The notes beneath the pieces are model-generated. The model ran no database searches, was not told the DNA's origin, and worked only from the letters and a program-made list of their open reading frames with translations. This document shows positions 38,059 to 49,900 of a stretch of 64,000 nt of DNA, piece by piece; the stretch's first letter is position 1; each line of letters starts with the position of its first letter. This DNA is from Octopus bimaculoides. Its lineage: Eukaryota. The stretch spans positions 33,506,402 to 33,570,401 of the forward strand of contig NC_068992.1 of the NCBI RefSeq assembly GCF_001194135.2, read 5' to 3'. Made by a program: the position numbers and the translations under genes.

Positions 38059-38344
38059 ATATATTATATATATGTATGTATACATGTAATATCATAATAT
38101 TGATAAAATACTGGCGTTAGGAAGGGCATCCAGCTGCAGAAATTAAGCTGAGTCAGACTGGAGCTGGAGCCTGGTAGCAGCTCTCCAGCTTACAAGTCCC
38201 AGTAAAGCCATCTAATGCATGTCAGGATGGAAAATGGTTACTAACTGATGATGATGATGATGATTACATCATATCATATATTATTCACGGTGGTGCACCA
38301 GCATGACCGCAGCCACTTGGCTGAAACACATAAATAAATAAATA

Positions 38345-38384
<40 letters not shown>

Positions 38385-38511
38385 GTTATGCATATTATAT
38401 ATATATCATATTTTGTTATGTCCAGTGAGAGTCATTATGCCAAAATAACACATTTCAATTCCACGCATTTGTTAAATATCTGATTGCTTTAATTTTGCTT
38501 GTCATATTATG

Positions 38512-38546
<35 letters not shown>

Positions 38547-38809
38547 ATGTGTTATATATATTATATATATATATGTTATATATCATCATCATCATCATCA
38601 TCATCATCGTTTAACGTCTGTTGTCCATGGTTTGGATGATTTGGCAGGTGTTGGTCAGGCAAAAGACTGTACTTGACTTCTGCATCTGCTTTGACATGGT
38701 TTTTGTAGCTAGATGCCCTTCCTAAACCGCTAATATTTTTTACTAATATTTTTTATTTTTTATTAATATTTTTAATATTTGTATTATTTTTTTCATTAAT
38801 TTACATAAA

Positions 38810-40291
38810 TTTTTAACAGAAGTAACAGAGTGACACAACGTCTGACTGTTTCATGCATTGGAAGAATTTCATGTCGTCACTATTGCAGAAAGAATAGGTA
38901 AGAGAAGAACAAAACTACAATTTTTGTGGAACACAGGGAAGAGAGTCATAGGGTTATAATTCATTTCCATTTTATCTATCTCCTTATCATCAACAAATAT
39001 CTAAGACTAGAAGACTGCATATAATTAGAATAAAGAGCAAAGCGAGTTGACAGCTCATAGCTTGCTATTGGTTATAAATTTCATACTATCAGAGGTATCC
39101 ACCAACCCACAAGAAAAACAAACAAAACTTTAGAAAGAGTCAATTAGATAGAAGTAAATATCTATAAAAGAGGTAGGTAGGGGTGACATTAATTCATGAT
39201 GTTGTTACCAGTTAAAGGGGCAAACACTATGAAAATGTAGGATGCTACATTGAGATCAAGGAAAACATTCTGGGCTCAGTGGGAGACCAATTATAAACAA
39301 TATTATTATGCTGCATAAAAACAAAAATAAAATGTTTAAAAATTTTAGAAAAGCATATCATAACCAAGTGAGCTAAAAAGGATTTATAGATTAATTTAAA
39401 CATTAAAAAGATTACTGTTATGTAGAATCAACTTAATACCTCATCTTTACTTAATTAATTATTATGTGATCTCTATAAAGACCACTTAAACCACTTACAT
39501 ATGGAATTTATCTGGAAAGGTATACATGCTATCTATTGATTGAAACTAAGGAATACAATCATACATGCAACAGCACCTGTAATATAATTTACAAGACTGT
39601 AAATCAAACTGTCCTCATTATTTCCATACCTGTTACTTCTTTTTTATGTTACCTATATCTTTTCCTGCTTTTAATTTTAATCCCCTGCCTTTACATATAT
39701 TTCTTATTATTTTATATAAATTCTTATATTTCGATTTATTGTTTTGGTTTGTTTATGTTATTAATCACTTATCTTTATGTTTAACCTTTAAATTGTTAAT
39801 TTTTTTATAGTATTGAATTTTATAATTTGTATTCCTATTTACCTTTGCATATACTAGTATAGCATTCTATGAATTATTCAGCATATTGCATTGTATCTCC
39901 GTATACAGGTAGGTTAAGATGTGGTTCAATATGGTTCTTAAATTGATATTTTTCAGTTACTTATATTTACTTATAATTATACTCTATTCTTTATATAAGC
40001 ATGTATATATATATGTATATATATATAAAGTGTAGGTCAGCGGCTATCGGACGCCGACGAAGGGAAATAACCCTGAAATCCGGATCCGTTCGTGCTGCAG
40101 ATGTTGGTGAGAGGGATAACTACCCTTGGCAAACAGGACACAGTCGTGTGTCGATAAGCCAGCTGGAGGAGATGTCCTCCTGGGGCTAAAGGCAACAGTA
40201 ACATCCACCCCTAGGGGTCAGCCACACTTAAGTGGCAATATACTACACTTTATCGTGCAGTTACTGTTAATACTTCATTTAGAGAATTAAC

Positions 40292-40333
<42 letters not shown>

Positions 40334-40585
40334 TATAACCAGCAGCTAGCTATGAGCTGTCAACTCACTTTGCTCTTTAATCTAAATATATGCAGTCTTC
40401 TAGTTTTAGATTTTTGTTGATGATAAGGAGATAGATTAAATAGAAATCAATTATAACCCTACGACCCCCCACTGTGTTCCATGGCACTCTAAAAATTGTA
40501 GTTTTGTTCTTCTCTTACTTATTCTTTCTGCAATAGTGACAACATGGAATTCTTCCATCCACTTGCTCTGTTAAATATTTAAGAA
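38810..40585. repeat. Two inverted copies (~265 bp) of one repeat family around a ~1.25 kb spacer
   Basis: 38810-39075 (...gcgagttgacagctcatagcttgctattggttata) versus 40335-40585 (tataaccagcagctagctatgagctgtcaactc...). Confidence 0.8.
40048..40092 (+). ncRNA. Minimal type I hammerhead motif, U4-to-C variant
   Basis: CGGACG / CCGACGA / AGGG-AAATAA-CCCT / GAAA / TCCGGA-T-C / CGTTCG; all three helices pair; predicted cleavage after 40086 (AUC). Confidence 0.75.
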
Positions 40586-41029
40586 AAATTATATCAATAT
40601 ATCTTGTCTGTTGAAAATCCATATTTGTGCAGCTGAAGATAGTGTTGTATTTAAATTGATGTAATGATTGCATTGTTCTATTAAATGGAGCTGCTTAAAG
40701 TGGTTGTTCTGCGTTACTATTTGATATCCAGTTACTTATTTTGATTTTATTCACCCTACTTCGGGGTGTGCAGGTAATACCAGACTGACTTGGTGTTTCA
40801 ACGTAAGTACCTAATTCAACTGAATCTTAATTACTTCTTATATATATATATATATATATATAGCTGAGAATGTGTGTCTGTCTGTAGGTATGCATCACTA
40901 AAACTCGAGAACTACTCAACCAATTTCATTCTTATTTTGCACATGCTTTACTTAGGGTCCATGCAAAAAATTCTCAACTCCTGGGTGCCAGGGACTCTTT
41001 CCCATCCCAGTTACAAAAAAAAAAAACGG

Positions 41030-41500
41030 ACATTTTAATGTGGTGTGACAGAAAGAAAGTTGTGAATCTAGTCAAGTTAACAGTTCCTCATGAAGACAAC
41101 CTGGACGCCACTCAGATGCAAAAGTTTCACCGTTATGTAAACCTCCTTGAGGAATGTGAAGACACAGGTTGGAAAGCGGACCATTTTCCAATTGAAGTTA
41201 GATGTAGAGGGTTTGTTGGACACAGTGTGAGATGACTGGTGTTATCATTAGGCCTGACACATCGTAAAGTAAATGACTGATGTTCAAACTACAGTGGAAA
41301 AGGCTAGCCACTGGATGCAGACATAATTAAAAAGAGATGACGAGCGATGGCTAGAAGAATATTGAGCTTTATTTGATAACCAGTTGATAACCAGCAAGTG
41401 GGGTCTCATATCAGTGAGGTGGGGGTCGGTGCTCATTGATGCTGTCGAAAGGTAGGCCCTGAAATGGCGCGCATTCTCTCCTGATGACCCCATACACTTA
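41030..41500 (+). mobile_element. RLE-type non-LTR retrotransposon 3' end (HERO-like)
   Basis: WCDRKKVVNLVKLTVPHEDNLDA..QKFHRYVNLLEECEDTGWKADHFPIEVRCRGFVG matches the ELTVP...RK..Y...GW....PIEVG.RG endonuclease pattern. Confidence 0.75.
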
Positions 41501-41864
41501 CTGGCTTCTAATATGCAGAGTTCTCGACTGGTAACACTTGCATGTGCAAGCTGTTTGCAAAACACACACACATCTATATATTATAGTTTCAGACCAACCA
41601 AAGCCTTGTGAGTCGATTTCGTACACAGAAACTGAAAGAAGACTGTAGTATACATGTGTGTATTTGTGTGTCTGTGTGCTATGCATTATATATTTATATG
41701 CTATATATTTATATAAATATATTATAATAATAACTCCTTCAAACTTTGGCTCAAGGCTAGCAATTTCAGAGAAGCAGGTAAATTGCTTACATCAACCCCA
41801 GTTCTCAACTGCTATTTATTTTATCAATGCCGAAAATATGAAAGGCAAAATCGATCAGCAAATA

Positions 41865-42245
41865 ATAACTTGGGATGGAAATTCATAAGGTTTATTAATA
41901 CATCACAACATGTTTTTGCACCTCCATATATTCACCAGATAAATTTTCCATATTCATAAGATATTATTTAAGATTAGTATCTATGAATTTGAAACTTTTT
42001 CAACACCGTTTCAATGTAGGTGTTTCCTCAGGCATCGCATTTTTTTTCCTGCAAGTCCTGCCTGAACAAGCATCTATGTTGAAATGGAGCTGGAAAACTT
42101 TCAAATTCATAAAGCCTAAGAGCAATCTTAAGTAATATCTTATGAATATGGAAAATTGTTACCTAATGAATATATGGAGTGCAGAAACATATGTTGTGCC
42201 ACATTAATAAAGCTTATGAATTTCTATCCACAAGTTATTATTGTA
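41865..42245. mobile_element. Foldback MITE with ~135-bp arms
   Basis: aataacttgggatggaaattcataagg...ttttccatattcataagatatta is inverted to taatatcttatgaatatggaaaa...gcttatgaatttctatccacaagttatt. Confidence 0.75.
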
Positions 42246-42419
42246 TTTATCCTAAGCTGAAAGGAATTCCACTCTGTATAACCATACCATTAGATTACCC
42301 TAGAAGATGGAATTAACAGGTGGTAGCTAATGTGAAGCATAAGAGCTTTTAAGAGTACATTCTGAAGCTCTTGCCCAAACAAAACTAAATGAATGTGTAC
42401 GTGTGTGTTTATATATATA

Positions 42420-42675
42420 GTACATACATATAACAGGGATGACCACTAAGTAGACATCCCTTTTGCTAGAAGAAGACCACCTATGGTCTGACCACTAAGG
42501 AAAGATTGTTCTCAAGAAAAAAATCAGCAAACACTAGAACATAAGCAAGCAAGACAAATGAAAAGAATGCTGAATTTTTCTTGAGAACAATCTTTTCTTA
42601 GTGGTCAGACAGTAGGTGGTCTTCTTCTAGCAAAAGAGATGTCCATTTAGTGGTCATCCTTCTTATATGTATGTA
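42420..42675. mobile_element. Foldback MITE with ~105-bp arms
   Basis: ggatgaccactaagtagacatcccttttgctagaagaagaccacct...ttgttctcaagaaaaa is inverted to tttttcttgagaacaa...aggtggtcttcttctagcaaaagagatgtccatttagtggtcatcc. Confidence 0.8.
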
Positions 42676-42979
42676 ATATAATTTTTCTGAATCTTCAGAA
42701 TTTTCAATTTGCTAGGCCTTTGGTTTTAAATTGATATTAATCAAATTAATATTCAATTTTTCACCCTTATCATTTAAATTTATATATATATAATAGAAAT
42801 AGGTTTCAAAGAAAAAAGACTGCATGTGGTATAAATAGGGAAAAAGTAAAAAGAAAAAAAAAGAAAATGCACATTAGATATAAAAAATAAAAGCTTTTTT
42901 AAGAAAAGCAAAAATATATACAAACATTTAGATGATTTGAGGTGGAATTATGAATTATAAAAATCATTAGTATGATTCA

Positions 42980-44560
42980 TTATAGAGATACAAAATCTTA
43001 CTGGTATCGTCAGAGCTGATCACTGACTTTGAATGAACACTGATATCCAAATGGTGTTAGATCTAATAGTACCTAAGTGAAAAGATTACATGCAGTTCTG
43101 GAAGTGATGCAATTAAGGTAGATATAAATACTGGAATATGAATGGTGTATAGGATATATGGAGATTAGTGGGATTATTGGTAAGGTTAGTAGTGTCCAGT
43201 TTTAACTTGTGTGTTCATGTTGACTTGTGGATGATATTATTAATGAAAGTTGCCTCCTTATTTAATCTTTGCTGTACTGAGGTGTTCTGTGAACATTGAT
43301 AAGGGAAAATTAGGAAGTTCGGTTTAAGTTTCCTAAAACATCTTTCAATGTGCTCACTGACCTGTATCTGTCTATATTTTGGGTAGCGGATTTGTTCTTT
43401 GTGAAGAGATGTTCTTTGTTGGAGTGACATTCCTGTTTGGCCTATTTCCACACACTAAGCAAAGATTAAGTTTTCAGAGGCACAGGTGAAATCTCATTGT
43501 CTTAAGTATTTCACCTTGTTTGAAGTGAAACTTTGTACCCTCTAAAAGGTGAGGGCATGTGTCACAGTTAGGCTGCTTGCATTTTTTCACTTTTGGTTTC
43601 ATTATTAATGGATATAGTCTTGCGCTGATTAATATTTTTTTTTAATGATTTCGCTTGCATTTTGCTCTTGATAATTTTGTGTGAGCCCAAAATTTTGTTC
43701 ATTGTTTTATCTTCTGTGAGGATGGGTAGATTTTGGATTATGATGCTGAAGGCCTCATTGTTTCTAGGGTTGTGTGTGGAAATGTATGGGAGTGTTTGTA
43801 AATCTGGTTTAGTATTTCAGTTAACTGCCCTTAATGCTTGTATGTCTATTTCCTTTTGTTCATTTAATCCCATCATTTATTAATGATGTTGGGTAATATC
43901 TCTTGATTAGTGTTGATTTAAGTTCAAGGAGTCTTCATCCATTAGTATTGGTATCTGAAACTACGGTACAGATTCTTTTCACTAGATTATAAAGTATATT
44001 AATTTTTATGTGTTTGGAGTGGTATGTGTTGAATAATAGGTATTGTTTTGAAGTCGGTTTATAGAAGATGTCTGTTTTGATGTGGATATTGACTATTTTA
44101 ATTAGGATATCAAGAAAAGGGAGTTGTTTATTGCTGTGTTCCATGGTGAATTGTATGTTGCTATTGATATTGTTGAGCATTATTTTGAAATTGAGGAGTT
44201 TGTCCATGCTATTGTTCCAAAGTATAAAGCAATCATCTAAGTACCTCATCCAGTTCTCCTTTAAATAGCAATGAAATGAGGTGCCATATTTTTGTAGTTA
44301 TGATTGGTATGTTTTAAGTTCTAGATAACCAATTACAAGGTTCGCAATCACTGGGGCAGCTTGAGTTCCCATTGCAATTCCTCATTTTTGTCGATAATAA
44401 ACCGTTTGGAAATCGGTGTTCATTCAAAGGTAGTGATCAGTTTTGACGATACCAGTATGACTTTGAATCTCTATAATGATTCATAATAATGTTTTCTATA
44501 CTTCATAACTCCACTTCAAATCATCTAATTGTATGTATTTATCTTTGCTTTTCTTAAAAA
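42980..44560 (-). mobile_element. Penelope-like element (RT and GIY-YIG), a different family
   Basis: MRYLDDCFILW...LNNINSNIQFTMEHSNKQLPFLDILI...KTDIFYKPT; EIGQTGMSLQQRTSLHKEQIRYPKYRQIQVSEHIERC. Confidence 0.9.
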
Positions 44561-44609
44561 AATGTCTTTATTTTTTATAGCCAATGTGCATTTTCTTCTT
44601 ACTTTCCCC

Positions 44610-45810
44610 CTGCCCCTGGACTGGCTCATGTGCAGGCGACACATGAAATCTTTCGAGCGAGGTCATTACCGGTGCCCCTGGGCCGGCTCTTGTGCGGGTG
44701 ACACATGAGGTTTTTCGAGCGAGATCGTTGCCGGTGCCCCCGGACTGGCTCATGTGCGGGCGACACATGATATCTTTCGTGTGAGATCGTTGCCAGTGCC
44801 CCTGGACTGGCTCTTGTGCGGGCGACACATGAAATCTTTCCGAGCGGGATCGTTGCCGGTGCCTCTGGGCTGGCTCTTGTGCGGGTGACACATGAGGTTT
44901 TTCGAGCGAGATCATTGCCAGTGCCCCTGAACTGGCTCTTGTGTGGGNNNNNNNNNNNNNNNNNNNNNNNNNNNNNNNNNNNNNNNNNNNNNNNNNNNNN
45001 NNNNNNNNNNNNNNNNNNNNNNNNNNNNNNNNNNNNNNNNNNNNNNNNNNNNNNNNNNNNNNNNNNNNNNNNNNNNNNNNNNNNNNNNNNNNNNNNNNNN
45101 NNNNNNNNNNNNNNNNNNNNNNNNNNNNNNNNNNNNNNNNNNNNNNNNNNNNNNNNNNNNNNNNNNNNNNNNNNNNNNNNNNNNNNNNNNNNNNNNNNNN
45201 NNNNNNNNNNNNNNNNNNNNNNNNNNNNNNNNNNNNNNNNNNNNNNNNNNNNNNNNNNNNNNNNNNNNNNNNNNNNNNNNNNNNNNNNNNNNNNNNNNNN
45301 NNNNNNNNNNNNNNNNNNNNNNNNNNNNNNNNNNNNNNNNNNNNNNNNNNNNNNNNNNNNNNNNNNNNNNNNNNNNNNNNNNNNNNNNNNNNNNNNNNNN
45401 NNNNNNNNNNNNNNNNNNNNNNNNNNNNNNNNNNNNNNNNNNNNNNNNNNNNNNNNNNNNNNNNNNNNNNNNNNNNNNNNNNNNNNNNNNNNNNNNNNNN
45501 NNNNNNNNNNNNNNNNNNNNNNNNNNNNNNNNNNNNNNNNNNNNNNNNNNNNNNNNNNNNNNNNNNNNNNNNNNNNNNNNNNNNNNNNNNNNNNNNNNNN
45601 NNNNNNGGCTCTTGTGCGGGTGACACATGAGGTTTTTCGAGCGAGATCGTTGCCGGTGCCCCCGGACTGGCTCATGTGCGGGCGACACATGATATCTTTC
45701 GTGTGAGATCGTTGCCAGTGCCCCTGGACTGGCTTTTGTGCGGGTGGCACATAAATGACACCATTTCGAGCGTGGCCGTTGCCAGTACCGCCTGACTGGC
45801 CTTCGTGCGG
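44610..45810 (+). repeat. GC-rich 62-63 bp minisatellite (spans a gap)
   Basis: Anchor acatga recurs at 44641, 44703, 44765, 44827 and 44890; array resumes after the gap at 45607. Confidence 0.9.
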
Positions 45811-46000
45811 GTGACACGTAAAAGCACCCACTACACTCTCTGAGTGGTTGGCGTTAGGAAGGGCATCCAGCTGTAGAAACTCTGCCAAATTAGATTGGAG
45901 CTTGGTGTTGCCATCCGGTTTCACCAGTCCTCAGTCAAATCGTCCAACCCATGCTAGCATGGAAAGCGGACGTTAAACGATGATGATGATGATGATGATA
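45780..46000 (+). mobile_element. RTE/SINE-type 3' tail ending in (GAT)n
   Basis: gtaaaagcaccc...gagtggttggcgttaggaagggcatccagc...cgtccaacccatgctagcatggaaagcggacgttaaacgatgatg. Confidence 0.8.
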
Positions 46001-47070
46001 TATATACATACATACACACACACATACATACACCTGTAAAAATATTGAGAGAGAGAGAGTATGGAAGTATAAGTACCAAAGTTAGTGGCAGTCGGGGAGA
46101 AAGAAAAACATGATAAATTGAGAAACTGACTCTAGAAAATAGCAAGAAATGGAGTCAAACAAAAGAAAGTGTTTGATATAGTGAAGTTAAGGTGAAAAGA
46201 AAACAATACAGAATTGATAAAGCAGTAAGGGGAGAGAAAAAGTAAATCCATAGCGATATGTGTTGGAAAGTCAGTAAAGATATCTGAAGACCAGATAGAC
46301 GTGTTAAATTTTAGTACCTTCTTAGGCTAGAGTTAAAAGATGACAAGGATTGTTAGAGAGTAAGAAACGTTTGTGAAATGAAAAAAAGAGGAGAGCAAAG
46401 ATTATTGTATTTAATGATCATTGATTTCCCTTGGGATGGAACAAAATGGAAATCCCAATTTCTCGTTTTCTTTTTTCTTCCTTTCCCTAAACTTGAAGGA
46501 GTTGTATAGAGAAAGAAAAAGGAAACAAAATTTAAGATGCTGTGAAACTTATCACCTACAAAGAAAAGATCAAATATTGACAACCAAAGGATCCACACAT
46601 CACTAAATTTTAGAAACGATATGTGATATTTTCACAGCTCAATCCACAACATAATGCAAAATTGGAAGGGGAGAAAAAAAGAGAGGATTACAAAAAGTTT
46701 TTTCTAAGTAAGTTACTCCAGTTATAAAACATTTTATGTTTCACCACTTCTCTCCATAAAAAAATACAACTTAGAAGGTGCTGCAGGGTTGTACTGAAAT
46801 TTGGTAATATAATTGCAAACGACAATAATATGATTCTAACCTTTATATCTTGAAAAAATATTAAATTATAGCTGTCATTTCTAATGATTATATGTGCTTC
46901 AAAAGAAAATATATTTTATGTGTCCTATATATTTATATATGTTCTTGTAAATATTCCTGTGATGAAACATTGTAGGAAAAAAATGACATCAAACTCTAGG
47001 AGCACTTTTGAAATTTATAATGCAAAAAAGATAATTCTTTATGATCAAAATCAGATCTCTTCAATAGCTA

Positions 47071-48328
47071 TGAGGGTTGGCTGATAAGTTCATAAGTTAA
47101 CCAAGATCTTCTCATGCAATCTGGTCAAATGCGATTTATTTTGCAACATAATCCCCCTTGTGATCCACATACTTCTTCTATCGGTGTTGCAGTGCTTCAA
47201 TCCCATTGGTGAAGAAGCTTGGTCAAACAAACTATCTACTGCTCATATGACAATACCATCACTGCAATACTGGTTTCTGGCCGAGTGTTTTTTTATGTTG
47301 GGGGACAGATGATAGTCAGACGGGACCAAATCAGAATAGGGAGGGTGATCAACCAATTCAAAGTCACAGTTACACACAGCAGCTATTGAAAGGACTTGTG
47401 TGCCAGAGCATTTTCCTCATGAAATAAGACTGCTCCAGTCACTTTTCCTGGCTCTTTGCTCTTGATAGCCTGTGGTAACTGCTTCAGGAAGTTGGCGTTG
47501 TACTCTACATTGATGGTGCGGTCATTTTGCAAATAGTCAATAAACATGATGCCTTTTGCATTCCAAAAAACTGAGGCCATCACCTTTCCTGTAGATAAAA
47601 TGACCTTGTGGAGCAGGTGAGGAGGGCTGTTCCCACTGTATAGATTGTCTCTTTGTCTAGATCAAAGTGATGAACTCAATGCTCATCGTAGATTAAGAAA
47701 TGTTCAAAGAAACCAGCTGAATCTGTCTAAAACTATGTCAGATTTTCCTGTGATGTGATCAGTCTGGTGCACCTTTGATCAGTTGTCAGAAGAAATGGCA
47801 CCCACTGGGCAGAAACCTTCATCATACCATGTTCATTGTGTAGAATATTCACAACTCTTTCATGAGATATGCCAATAGCATTGGCAATTTGATTTATGAT
47901 CAATTTCCTGTCATCCTATTGGTATATGGTAAACATGATCAATATTTTACTCAGTAGCAGCAAATGCAGGATGTTCAGATATTGGGTCATCTTCAGGACT
48001 ATCCCTTATCTTCCTCAATGCAGCTATCTACTTTTGCACTTGATAAAGCTGGAGGTTCATCCCCTAATGTAGCAACCATGTCAGCCATAATGTGCTTGGG
48101 TGCTAAACCCTTTTCTTCAAGTACTTGATAACAACACAATGCCAAATTTTATCCATTTTCAAGAGCAGTTGCTACTAGTTAATTTTGAACAATCAGATGT
48201 CAATTTGTTTGGAAAGAAACAATGCAGTTATTAATTAGAAGGTTTGAAATTAATGCATGCAAGATTTCACAGTTAGTTTTAGCATCACTCCTTCATAGTC
48301 AGCTTATGAACTATTATGCTCACCCTTA
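47071..48328 (-). mobile_element. Mariner element, near full length, decayed
   Basis: MASVFWNAKGIMFIDYLQNDRTINVEY...LFHEENALAHKS; TIRs tgagggttggctgataagttcataag / cagcttatgaactattatgctcaccctta with TA flanks. Confidence 0.85.
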
Positions 48329-48384
48329 TACATGCATATGTACATATATGCATACATACATATGTATATAAACAAACAAACATA

Positions 48385-48598
48385 TGAAGGGTGCTGAAAA
48401 GTTCCTGGCTTGGGTAAAGGAAGATACAGGAGAATCAGTTAATTATGATTTTATTCAACATATTTCCTTTTCAGATTCCCACACTTAGTACAGCAGTCCT
48501 TCAGATTTTCTAAGTCTTGTAAAAGAACTCGGAAGATTGAGCCTCCAGCCAGGCCTTTCGCAATACCCTTAAAACCAGGAATCTTTCAGCAACCCTTA
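48385..48598. mobile_element. Mariner-derived MITE
   Basis: gaagggtgctgaaaagttcctgg ... ccaggaatctttcagcaaccctt. Confidence 0.7.
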
Positions 48599-49149
48599 CA
48601 TATCATCATCATCATCATCATCACCATTTAACATTCGTTTACTGTTTGCTGGACATTTTGACAGGAGCTGACAAGTCAGAGAACTCCAGATGATTGCTTT
48701 GGCATGGTTTTTACAGCTGGATGCCCTTCCTAGTCCTAACCACTTTACAGAGTGAACTGAAAGTTTTTTTTTATGTGGTACCAGTATGCCAAGTTTTGTA
48801 GCTTGCTTGGTTTCTGTCTTTTGATAAAGCACAGAGATGGGTGACAGCCCTTGCTGTCACTGGTGTCATCTTTCTGTGCTATTACTGTCTCCCTAGTAGT
48901 CACCAAACTATTCTGGGTCATCACCCATTGAATACCTTTCGTTCAATTCTTCTACACCATTTATTTCATTCAAACAATTTACAATTCACTTAGATATTCT
49001 TTATTCTATCAACACATAATTCCTGGGTGTCACTGGCTGATCCAAGCTTCAATTATATGTATGCATCAAATAGAACATCATAATTTCAAAAGAAACATGA
49101 AACATAATTCATTTGTTGACTCATTTTATTGTAACTGCAACTTTGCTGG

Positions 49150-49900
49150 TTTAGCCACCAACTTCCGAGGATCCACCTATTTTGGTACATGCTCATAGGA
49201 GTTTGTTTTTGGCAGTTTTATCTTAAGGACTTTGATTCTATCTCATATTCTAATCATTCAGATATTGATGAACTAGAAAAATTCACCAAAGTAGATGATG
49301 TAATGTGGTATTTGGCTTTGCTCCAAGTTGCCATAAACAACCTACAGATGCAAACACATAATGGATTTTGAGTGAATAAGTTGGATAGTTAGAACAGTGA
49401 CTTATGTTTTCTCAGCTTTACTCGTTAGTTGGTGGCAGTGCCAACAAAGACTCAAGATAGGCAGTTTGTACAGCAGAAGTGATAATATTTACCTATGGAA
49501 CTATTTTATAGCTTGGTAGGGTCTCATCAAAATTAAGCCCTTGCTATACTAAACCTAAGTACTATTTATTTCAGTAGGGACTTACTATTTAACCAATATA
49601 GAGTTCTTGATGTCAATACAAGGATATTCATATATAAATATTCCAGTTCTGAAAATAATGTAACCATCATATATCATATTAGATCTCTTCAGCCTTGAAA
49701 TATTTCTGTAAAGACATTAGAATCAATTTCAGATTACATTCATGTATTCTACTTAATAAAAGCTGTACCACCTGGGAAGCTTCCTAGAAGCCAGCAGCTG
49801 TTCAACTCTTAGTATATGTCTCATTTCAATGATTTGCCAGGACATTTTTATTGCATTTCATCACTGGTTAATTAAGTACCAACAACAGTTACAAATCACG
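49150..49900 (+). mobile_element. CR1/L2-type LINE RT remnant
   Basis: FWQFYLKDF...SDIDELEKFTKV...LQVAINNL resembles decayed YINDL...ADD..K..LQ.DL..L. Confidence 0.45.

Noticed and set aside
40150-40215. HDV-like or twister ribozyme downstream of the orphan hammerhead
   Set aside because: GATGT/ACATC pairing and GGCAAC are suggestive, but P1, P3/L3 and the catalytic C context could not be assigned.
41430-41490. Hammerhead in the RLE 3' UTR
   Set aside because: Core elements are in the wrong order or mutated (TTGATGC; CTGATGA lies downstream of GAAA).
44610-45810. CRISPR-like regular repeat
   Set aside because: The whole 62-bp unit repeats with no unique spacers, there are no cas genes, and the context is eukaryotic.
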